From the NCBI GenBank assembly GCA_016748015.1, contig JAAOMT010000419.1, forward strand, positions 65,562 to 114,658: a stretch of DNA of 49,097 nt, read 5' to 3'. The position numbers and the translations under genes were made by a program. This DNA comes from Geosiphon pyriformis uo1. Taxonomy: Eukaryota; Fungi; Glomeromycota. Below are positions 25,624 through 36,573 of this stretch, in pieces; the first letter of the stretch is position 1; each line of letters starts with the position of its first letter. Below the pieces are notes generated by a model. It ran no database searches and was not told where the DNA came from. It saw only the letters and a program-made list of their open reading frames with translations.

Positions 25624-28520
25624 AATTCGGAAAGTAGAAACCACAGAATTATTTTTATAAAGATCACGGTCTACAAATTAAAACTGTCTTAGAAAACAAA
25701 GATCAGTAAAGCAAGTATTCTAAAACATTTGAAAACGAGACATCCCTGGTCCTAATTATGACCAGTTTGTACGATTTAAATCCTGTGGTAAGATTCTTCT
25801 CTTTGAAAAAAATAAAATAAATTATTGAAACCACGAAAATCCAGAAGGCTGTTTTAATTTCACAGATTTACAGGATGCTGATTGAAAAGGTCATCAATAG
25901 GAGGGCCTATGATTAATTGTTAAATCCACTATATGTTGACTTTTATTTCTTTTCCGTTTTTTTTTTCCCAGATAACATTTTGACCCAACCTTTGCTCACC
26001 AAAAGAGATTTTTTTTAGTCGCATATACGCGAATTTTTCAAAATTATTGGGTAACATATTTAATGATATGACCAACATATTTCATAGAAAATAGTTTTTA
26101 GTCATCAAGCAAAACTTTTTTTTGGCTATTTTTGGCGTACTGTAACATAATTCCCATGACAAATTTTAGGGGTTAAATGCCACAACAGTGTTTCTTAAGA
26201 GACTTGGCTTTTTACCACTCAGATTATTACTTTATCAAGAAAGTAAAGGCAGATTATTTAGTTGGATCATTTATTACTAGTAATAGAGCTTGATTTTCAT
26301 CAAAATTTTTTTAATAAATTCTGGTTTTTCGTTATTGTGTTTGCTGAAAATATATCAGATTGATTCATGTCTCTTAGATCTCTTTATTTCGTTTTATGTC
26401 TTTCCTCACAAATAAGCAAACACGAAAGAATGCGCATGTTTTCTTTTTTTTTATGATTTCTATTCCCTCTTTTTTTCTTTTGCCTTTTTCCTCAGCGGAT
26501 TGAATATTCAAGACAAAAAGTACATGTTAAGTTTGTTCTAATTTATACATTTATAGTTTTTTGCATATTCTCTTTTGATTTTCAATGTTTTAACTTTTAT
26601 CTTTGAAAAGCTTAACTAATCATTTACTGTCGCAATCTATTTTTTCATCAAATTAGCTTGGTTTTGTAATTTCTAACCTTCCACTAATTTTTTAATTATT
26701 CAAACTACTAAGATTAATTTATTTTATAGAAAATTCAGACAAACTTTCAAATCTAGTACAGGAGATTAACTGGAAAGGTTATTCCATAACAAAATATAAA
26801 ATTTGAACAAAAATAATTATGTCAATTTAAGAACTTAAATATTTTATAAAAGAAAAGATTAGTATTTAAACATTTTTTTTTATATAACTAATTTATATGT
26901 AAGAATTTTTTTAATTTTTCTGTTAACAAATTTTTTAATTTAAATAACAAAATTCAATCTAAACCAATTAAAAACATGATTTAATTATCATAGGCAATTA
27001 ATTTTCAAACAAAAAAGTATAACAAAATATTTAATTAAAATAATAATACCAAAACAAAATTTTTTATTATATTTGTTTATTATGTATTATTAAAAAAATA
27101 CTATTTTTATAAAAATAAATATATTAATATATTATTTTTAAAATTTAGAATTTTTTGTTATGTTAAAAATAAATTATTTCAAAGATTTTTTTATCAAATG
27201 ACCATTTAAATTTATCAATATTGCTCCAATTTTTATATACATATTATACATATTTTACATATTATAAATTCTAATTAAACATATTTTAATGTTTTTATAA
27301 CAGAAAAGTTTAAAATAATAACTTGATCTGATTGAATAATTATATTAAAAAAAATTATTACAAAGTTAAAAATACAAATCAAAAAACATTTATAATTGTA
27401 AGACATAAAAAGAAATTCCATTATCTTAAACTTGGTTTTGTTGTCAAATATTCTAGAATGTGATTGTACCACACTAATTAGATTAAACAGTTAGACGTTT
27501 TGCTCTCATTTGACCTAACTGCTTTTGTCGTAATCTTTCATTTTGCTTAAAAAAGTTAAATAAAAATTGAATCGAATTAATTAATTTAATTTGACAAAAA
27601 AAATAATAATTATGCAAGATTTCAGGTTAATATATAAGCATAATTAAATATGGTTAGACTCAGTTAAATCTAGATTATTACAAGTTTGATAGGCTTTTTA
27701 CTTGCATAAGGTATTATAATCTGAAATTTACAATTTATAATTTTGAAATTTTATAACCTATTCGGAATCAATGCTTTTACTAAATGCCAAAGTTCTAGGT
27801 ATAATTTCATCACGTTATTATGTTAAAAAGTTAGCGAAATACAAAACGTCATAAAGGTATCACAAGTAAAACAAGTCCCTGAGCGTCTTCATGGTCATAT
27901 GGTGCAATTTTCAGGATTCATATTTGAAACTTGTGCTTTTTCAATCTCTGAAAAGGAAATTTTGATAACCAGTTTCGGTGATTTCCAACTTTCTCACATG
28001 CTCTATACTTTTAACGGATAAATCGCTAAAATAAGTTTAGTGATTTACGTATTAATTGTGTAATTTTTGTAAAAATTTTTAAAAATCATCGTCAAACTTA
28101 TTGGTTGCCCATTTGCGATTTAAAATGCACGTTTAGGATTATGAGGGAATCATGAAAACTCTAGGTCGGTCACATGGATCTTTGAAAATATCGAGTTACA
28201 TTTTTTTTTTTGATTAATTGTTAAAATGGTAAACCATCACTGCTTTAAATCATCCCCTAATCGGCATGGCGGTTTTTTAAACTGATTTTTTATCTCCTTA
28301 AATCGCCCAATTTTTACTACCTTTTAATTTCATCGTGGAATTTTCATTTTGGTCTTGTTTGTCCATACTTTCGTTTTCAAAAGAAAAGGGCTTTTGAAAA
28401 AACTAGTTTACTTTTTCCACTAGTATTTTTTTCTTCGGAAATTGATGTTGTTTGACTGGTTTACCGAGAAAGCGTAGAGGAAATTTATATGACATTTATA
28501 ATCGTCGGTAAAGTAACATT

Positions 28521-31001
28521 ATGGGTAACAAATTATCTGTAAGTTGTCGAAGAAAAGTATGTATTCAAACTTTCAATAAATTATATCTAAGTGAACCATT
28601 TTACCATATCGACAAGTTTGTCATGAATCCAAATTTATTTTAAAGGAATCGTCGAAAAGCTTTATTGAGGATAATATTGAACCTTTGAGACCACGTCCTG
28701 GCGTAATAGTACATTCATTTCAGGTTCAGAACGATGTTCCTATTCGAAAACTCCAGAAAAAACCAGCTCGTAGTAAAACATTAGATCAACCAAATGACCG
28801 AGTTGAAACATTCACAAAAGATAGACAAAAGAGAATTGAGCGACGGCATACAAGTCATCATTATCGAACACCATCAGAAATGGAAGATGATCCAAGAAAT
28901 ACAGCATATATAGATACTCCCTTGATTAATCACCATTTTTCATATACAAAATCATTACGGCATCAGCATCATACTGTAGTTTCGGCAAACCAGGAAAAAC
29001 GAAAAAGGTTACACGATAAAGAATCATCAGGTGGCTCATTGACTGATTTACGATCAGAGGCTTTGGTATATGGAATTGCGACAGATTTGAACAGACGACC
29101 TTCCCATACATTTTTAAATCCATATTTTTCTCAAATTTCACCCGTCTATAATCATCTTCCTCCATCACCAGTGCCTGGATCTCTCAGAGTGGTAAATCGT
29201 ACTCCTATCCAAACAATGGATGAGTCAAAAGAAGATCAACAACGCCACACTATACAATTACCTGTAACCCAGGAAATTCCTTTAAATGTATTCAAAGGAG
29301 AAACCAGACAAAAACGACATCATTCATTTGATTCACCATTTAACAATGGAAAAAATGGAAGGAAACTTTCAATGATCGAAGAGCAACAGGAAAATATAAC
29401 AAATCCATCCTTATGGCAATCCCAAGATCGCGATGTGTTCATACCAAGCACTTTGGAGCAATTAGAAGAGATGATAGAAAACTTATCAAATGAAAACCTA
29501 GAAATAAATAAACCAAAAGAAGGACTGAGACAAGCAGGAAATTTTGCTGAGCAAGATTTCTTACATCCTGCAAATGTGCACGACTTTTTTGGAAAAAACA
29601 GTAACAGTTCTTTGGATCTTAGTAATTCTTCAGTAATTACATCTATTAGTGAAATATCTGATATTATCGAAATGGAAATTGATGAAGAAGGGGCTCGTAC
29701 CGTTTGTAGGGGATGTAGACTTTCAGGAATCGAGAATTTTTGTGAATCTTGTCATGCACAAAAAATTAGAAATAGTTTGATCGAATGGACTTGTGGAAAC
29801 CGTGTAATAGATAATTTTATTATGAAAACCCAAATGATGGCGAGTGGTCGATTTAACTATGTTGAATGGATTGATTTCAATCGATTTCAAGATATTCATT
29901 TCCTCTCTCAGGGTGGTTTCAGTAAGGTTTACTCTGCAATTTGGTTGGACTGGCCAACAGATCAAGGACCCAGAAAAGTTGCTTTGAAAGTATTAGATAA
30001 TTCACATAATTTGGATTTTGATTTCTTTCTTGAGGTATGCTCTATAATGTTGTTACGATGATCCATATCAAAGATCTTTGATAACTCAATTTGGAAACTT
30101 TAAATAATTCAAAAGTTTTTATTGATAGTTGGAGAGATATTTCGAAAAGGTCGCACACAGTAGCAATACAAATTTAATTCATTGCTACGGTATCACACAA
30201 GATCCCGAAAGTGGAGATTATTCGGTGGTACTTGAATATGCCGAAATCGGTAATATACAACAATGCCTTCGGCATAATTTTTCGCGTTTGAGCTGGACAC
30301 AAAAGCTCTGTATGCTCTATGACATCACCAAAGGCTTAGAATCACTTCACAATGGTGATGTTCTACATCGTAACTTACACACACGGAATATGCTAGTATA
30401 TAATATTGGACATTTGGCTTATTCTGCAATAGGTGATATTGGTCTAAATGGACCAGCTTATCTTCCACGTAATAGTGAACACATATTTGGTGTTTTACCA
30501 TTTGTAGCACCAGAAGTTCTGAGTGGTATGCCCTACACAAAAGCTGCCGATGTATATAGTTTTGGAATGGTATTATGGGAATTTTGTACGGGTCGACTCC
30601 CATTTTCAGATGTGCCACATGATGAGATGTTGGCTCAAAGTATATATTATGGAAGGAGGCCTTCATTGGATGGGGAGATCCCGAACTGTATGGCCTGGCT
30701 AATTCGTCGATGTTGGCATGATGATGTGACGAGACGGCCAAATGCTAATAAATTACAAGATATCTTAAATGATTGGGTGTTAAAAGTTACGAATGAAAAA
30801 TTTAAGAATGAACATGTAGCGAGACAATTCACAGAGGCAGAAAAGATAAGACTTGAAAACCTTCGTGATGAAGGGATCAATAGTCCGATTTCGTTTAAAC
30901 AACATCCACAAGCTATTTATACAAGTCGAATGCTTGATTTCCCTAGTTTAAGAAGGGATAGTGGTGATGATGATTTATCGATAAATCGTGAGTTTCCTTG
31001 A
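28521..31001 (+). CDS. Tyrosine-kinase-like (TKL) protein kinase or pseudokinase with long disordered N-terminus (~765 aa, 3 exons)
   Basis: Predicted exons 28521-28556, 28646-30034 and 30129-31001, all with phase-0 GT-AG introns. Motifs: QGGFSKVY, VALK, HRNLHTRN, DIG, PFVAPE, DVYSFG, CW..RP, HPQAIYTSR. The first exon is less certain. Confidence 0.88.
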
Positions 31002-31681
31002 TATCTTTATATTCAAATTTTATTTAGTAATTTTAAATTGATATTCTTGAATTTCTTAATCTTGATAGAATACTTTTATGCGTTGTAACATTAAATCTAA
31101 GATTGTAAATCATAGGGAATTTTTTTTCTTGTAAAGTTGTAAAAAGCCAATATTCCAAAGATAGGACATGTAATATTATAAAATCAACTTGGGACATTTT
31201 GATTATTTGGTAAAGAAACAAAATTTTTTATATATTTTATATTCCATCTATTAGAAGTTCACGAGTGATTAAATCACAATCGCTTGTGGGTTAGCTGAAA
31301 CCTTTTTCTGATTAATATCTATCAATAAAAATACTAACCAATTGCTAAGTAAAACTACTTATTCGTATCAGGTTCAAAATTGTAACAATAAATACCCTCA
31401 CCTCCTATTTAGCTATCTCGTCTTTATCTCTTCTGTATATTTAACTACAAACTCTTTCTTTTTTCCCGAACTAAAATCCAAAAATGCAAGCCATTGCCAC
31501 TACCATCACCTCTGTTACAAAGAAAGGCCGTGTCAACGCCAGGGAAAAAAAGGATCTCAGGCCTCTTTTTTCGATTGCCAACATACGAACTTCCCAGGGA
31601 TATTGGCTCAGGTATCAACTTCAAACGGCCGGGGCTTGACGCCTTAGTGGATCGGGCAAATTGTAAAGTGGTTTTAGAAAT

Positions 31682-32500
31682 TTCCTTAACTGATAGTTGT
31701 TTGGCTTTACGCTTTGAATCTAGAATGGTATAAAAGGAAGATCAATAAAAATATTGAGCCAATACGAGACAGCACGAACCACAGAAAGCATATGCTAGTC
31801 CGGATTGCCTCCCCACTTGACCAGTAGTCGCGGGATACATCTTATGCCAAGAAAAAACAAAAGTGAACGCCACAGGGATATTAAGACCCAGACACTCTTC
31901 TTCCCCATACTATTAGAATGAGGTATAGCACAATTGCCGTAAAGCAAAAATGTGCATGTCATGGTGAACATAAAACCTGGACGGCTCTTCTTCCCTATAC
32001 TATCAGAATAGGTTGAATCACCTTCACTAATTTCTTTTAACATTTTCCACTTTCCTGAGCACGAATCTCAGACCATTTTTCGAGCAGAATGTGCGCGCAG
32101 ATGTCTGATCAAAACACAGTAGCACTAGCAAACTGCGAATGCGTGACGGACATGACTCTTCTCCCACCCCCTTCCGTAATGGTTCGTAGCACACCCTAGA
32201 AAAATGTGACCTTTAACTCTGATTCCAAAGCTCAACGACTTAAACATCGGCTTCTTGGTTTGGTGGGTAAGTGAGAGAGAGAGGCAACTACTAGTTTGGT
32301 TTAAAAGTTCTAAGTTGATTTATATATTGTTTAACTGGCATCGAGAAAAAGAACGATAGGGCCGTGGAAAGTGATAGCGGTGAAGCAAAAGGAGGCAAAA
32401 AATAGGTTTGATACACCATTTTAGGGGTCCACTGAAGCAAGGTAATAGATTGAGTCATATGATTTCAAATCCTATAATTGGCTGAATCAAATCATGACGA
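31682..32500 (-). ncRNA. Cassette copy A: putative structured non-coding RNA gene
   Basis: Reverse complement of 33363-34180. The repeat itself is certain; the ncRNA identity is inferred from promoter-like boxes and hairpins. Confidence 0.5.
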
Positions 32501-33362
32501 TTTCACCCATTGATTATTATTCAGGAATAAATCAATATAAATATTTCTAAATTAGTATTTCTTTAAAACTAATAGCCAGTTTAAGAATTATCTGAAATAT
32601 CTATAATATACTCATCGATCGTCTTTTTTTTTTAAAGAATATTAAGCTAAAACAAGGTAAATCCTTTTAGTTAGAATAAATTTCGGAAAAAATCTTTGAA
32701 AAATAGTGCTTAAAGAACAAAGTGTCTTCAAATCAATTGGAAAAACAAAAACTTCTTTAACAATCGCATTATTTTTCAAAAATGACTATGAATTTTTTAT
32801 GGTAATCTTTTTTCTCGCCAAAATGGTAATAATAATTGGATTAAGCATAAAAGTACTAAGTCTCAATTTTTTTAAATTAAAGATGTATATTAAATTTTAA
32901 TAAATTTTTTTTTAATTCAAATCTCACAGAGGGTATTTATTATATATTTAAAATTGCCACATTTCTCAAAAGTTTATGCTAAAATTTAATATTTTAAAAG
33001 AAAATTTTTTAAGATGAATATGTGTGAAGAATGATAATAGCTGCTCATAATTCTGTGAATTGGATTTTCACATAATGAAATTATTTAAAGAAATATCACA
33101 ATAAGATGTACTTGGACTAGTTTCCTTTTTGTCTTTCAGTTTCCAATAGGTTCTAGATTAAAAACCATATAAAAAAGGTGCTCAATAGTTGAATCTGAAA
33201 TTTATGCGATAAAGAAGAAAATTTTGTTTATATATTATCCTATAAAGCTATATCGCTTTGAAGAAGGTCATTAAATAAAACCTTGCTATCTAATTTTTAC
33301 TTCCGTCTGTAAATTAATTGAGGGTTATTCAAAGTGATTATGGAATATCTTTAGTATTGTTA

Positions 33363-34180
33363 TCGTTATGATTTGATTCAGCTAATTATAGGATTTGAAA
33401 TCATATAACTCAATCCACTACCTTGCTTTTTTTAACGCGATCAACTCCTTCACCGCTATCACTTTCCACAGAGCTATAGTTCTCCTCCTCTTTTCTCGAT
33501 GCTTTTAGAAAGCCAATTAAACGATATATAAACTAACTTAGGAACTTTTAAACCAAACTAGTAGTTACCTCTCTCTCTTACTTACCCACCAAACCAAGAA
33601 GCCGATGTTCAAGTCGTTGAGCTTTGGAACCAGAGTTAAAGGTCAGTATCTTTACACATTTTTCAAGGATGTGCTACGAACCATTACGGAAAGGGGTGGG
33701 TGAAGAGTCATGTCCGTCATGCATTCGCAGTTTGCTAGTGCTACTGTGTTTTGATCCGACATCTGCGCGCACATTCTGCTCGAAAAATGGTCTGAGATTC
33801 GTGCTCAGGAAAGTGGAAAATGTTTAAAGAAACTAGTGAAGGTGATTCAACCTATTCTGATAGTATAGGGAAGAAAAGCCGTCCAGGTTTTATGTTCACC
33901 ATGACATGCACATTTTTGCTTTACAGCAATTGTGCTATACCTCATTCTAATAGTATGGGGAAGAAGAGTGTCTGGGTCTTTACTTCTCTGTGGCGTTCAC
34001 TTTTGCTTTTTCTTGGCATGAGATGTATCCCGTGACTACTGGTCAAGTGGGGAGGCAATCCAGACTAGCATATGCTTTCTGTGGTTCGCGCTGTCTTGTA
34101 TTGGCTCAATATTTTATTGATCTTCTTTTTATACCATTCTAGATTCAAAGAGTAAAGCCAAGCAACTATCAGTTAAGGAA
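33363..34180 (+). ncRNA. Cassette copy B: putative structured non-coding RNA gene (body ~33590-34090)
   Basis: TATATAAA at 33525-33532, a CT tract, many hairpins, and no credible full-length ORF conserved across copies. Confidence 0.5.
33525..33532 (+). promoter_or_regulatory. TATA-like box of the cassette
   Basis: ATATATAAA (ATATATACA in copy C) is at the same position in all five copies, ~30 nt upstream of CTAGTAGTT and the CT tract. Confidence 0.5.
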
Positions 34181-34324
34181 CTTTCTGTTTTCTAATTTTA
34201 AATATTATTCTATCTAATCATTACTTTAAATCGGTAAACCTTTTAAAAATACAATATTAATATAACGCTAGAAACAATCTATTCATCCAATTATTCTTTC
34301 GATTATCCCATTCAAATATCAATT

Positions 34325-36573
34325 TTAAACATGTATCGCATAAGTCACATTTCGATTTACCCCGCCAGTAGCTGTTGTAAAATTTCCCCCACTTAAATTC
34401 CAATTCTCAAACAATTCAACCATATCACTATTATTTCCTCGTTCGATCGGATGAACGATAACAGGTATCCGGGGCGATGGTTGTATATGTACATGTGTGG
34501 CCTCACCAATTACCGCCACATCATCATCATCCGGTTCAAATTCATCTGATTTTGTTTGTCGCCTCGGGGAATCAAATCCATGATCTGATGTAAAATCTGA
34601 TCCTCGGTATGAGCTTTCTTCACCACTTTGCATATTTGGTATACTATACAAGGTTAATGGATGAGGTCTTGTTGAAAAAGTTTGATCAGTTGTTGGTATT
34701 GGGCCACGTGGTGATATGGGTGGTTGGGTGATTTCAAAAGAGGCTAGTGGTCCTAAAGTTCGATTGCGGCAAAGCCAAAGACCGAAAAATATTAAGCTGA
34801 TAGCTATAGCTGTAACTAGAACTGAAATAAATACGATTAGCCAGGTTGGCAATCGTGACTTGGATGATACTTGGTCTCGATTCGATTGTTCTCCAAATAT
34901 ACCGATTTCTTGATTCCGAATATTTGGATCTAATTCGTCATTTTCTGCGTTCATATCCAGATTGTTTATTTTTGGCAGTTTGAAATCGTTGGAATGAATA
35001 TTAGTTATAATTTTGTGCTCTTGAGTAAAATTACGAAGTGTCATGTTGAAAACCTGGAGTGTGTCCAGGGTATTGCCACATGCTGGTGACATATTTTGTA
35101 GCGGGCATCCACCATAAATCTAGGAATTATCGAATTGGGTATAACATTTTTTAGAAATTTATTCATTCAACCGATCACGCTTCAAGAAATGGCAGAATTC
35201 TCACTTACGAGAAATGCGTCTGATCCAGAAAACTGAGCAAATGAAGCACCAGACCTTGGTGTCATTCCAGTAAAGGAAATATTTGGCTGTAGTTGCAGTG
35301 TGGCCATATCCACAGGGAAAACATTAACAGGAGGATATCCAGCTCGTCCATTATATACGAGGTAAAAAATAAGATTGTTTCTTACACCAGCAGCACCATC
35401 TCGAACACCATATGGTAATTTAATATCCGGGGAAACCCATTTGTTTCTTCGATTTGAAACATATATTTCACGTGAGGTTCCCAAATCAGGATCGGATTTA
35501 TTTGGAAAGTAACCCCCTAGTTGCCACGCATCGCCTTTAGCCGGAATTATTATTCTACTTATTGGTGCATTAATGGATTCCTGCGAAATTTATTTTGGAT
35601 GGGAGTGTATTTAAGATGTCTAGTTCCTAAACGATCTTATTTACCCAAAGCGCCACCGCCACAAAAAATTTCAGAAGAAACTCACGCTTTTTCGTGCCTC
35701 GCTCCAAGTCCATGGAATGGTTGTCATATTCAAGAAATAAATGATTTGAATAGGAAATCGTTTTCCATCTTCATTAACTCCTGTATTTCCCGCATAAACG
35801 CTCACAAAATTGGGTGTTAACAACACAGCTTTCGGATTGATTCCAAATCCAGGATAGGTGACGACCATTAAAGTTTTCCAATCAATCCATACCTCTCGAT
35901 TCAGATCAAATACTTGGGTCGATACCTTGTCTTCATTCACTTTCAACGAAATAACCCCTCCTAATACTAATAAGTATCCAGTTGGGGTAACTACACACGC
36001 AGCTGAGCCAACACTTGTAGCGTTTTGAGTAGTTAAGATTCTCCATGTTGGAGCGTTACTATTTATGGGAAGGGTGGTAGAATAGAAAAAGTTTGGCGAA
36101 AAATTGATACCAGTTTCTGTATTTGTATTTTCGTCCCAACCACCAAACACGTAAAATGTATTTTTATATGTGACGGAACAATGGCCGAATCGACCACCTG
36201 GAGATATTACCGATGCCGATTCTGATGATGGTGATCCTGTTGTTGATGGCGTTCGTGTTGGAATACTAGACGTTGATGGTGAACTTGATATTATGGGATC
36301 CATCGTCGTTGATATTACATTATCATTTTGACCGATTAGTTTTGGAGTTGAGACTGTAGCAGGGAATGTTTGTGAAAAATTAATTTGACCATTTACTCCA
36401 CCACCCGAAAAACCAACCAACACTAATATTAAGCTAATGAACAGAAAAATTTTTGAGTATATTGTAGTAGAACCATTTGAATCAAACGATATTAACAGAA
36501 ATAATGATGATGATTTTGATTTTAGGAATGACAATTTAGACAGTGATAATGGTTTCCGTACCATTGCCATCAT
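34325..36573 (-). CDS. Kelch/galactose-oxidase-type beta-propeller single-pass membrane protein (~684 aa, 3 exons)
   Basis: Exons 36573-35686, 35580-35209 and 35119-34325 (GTGAGT..CGCAG and GTAAGT..CCTAG introns, phase 0). Hydrophobic N-terminal segment and S/T-rich stalk. Kelch motifs GRFGHCSV..FYVFGG, LLVLGG, WQLGG, PRSGASF..FLIYGG. TM helix LIVFISVLVTAIAISLIFFGLWL followed by a cytoplasmic tail. Confidence 0.9.

Noticed and set aside
33790-33815. Hammerhead ribozyme at CTGAGA...GAAA
   Set aside because: The core lacks CTGANGA spacing and stem II does not form consistently across copies.
33820-34035. Repeated 66-82 aa ORF (MLKEISEGDS...GKKSRPGF) as a peptide gene family
   Set aside because: Lengths and stops differ between copies, the upstream frame is broken by indels, there is no recognisable domain, and the conservation is explained by recent DNA duplication. 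Not fully excluded.
33579-34095. Cassette as U1 snRNA
   Set aside because: It has ACTTACC and a GTTCGCGCT word, but lacks the U1-70K loop (GATCANGAAG), the U1A loop (ATTGCAC) and a clear Sm site.
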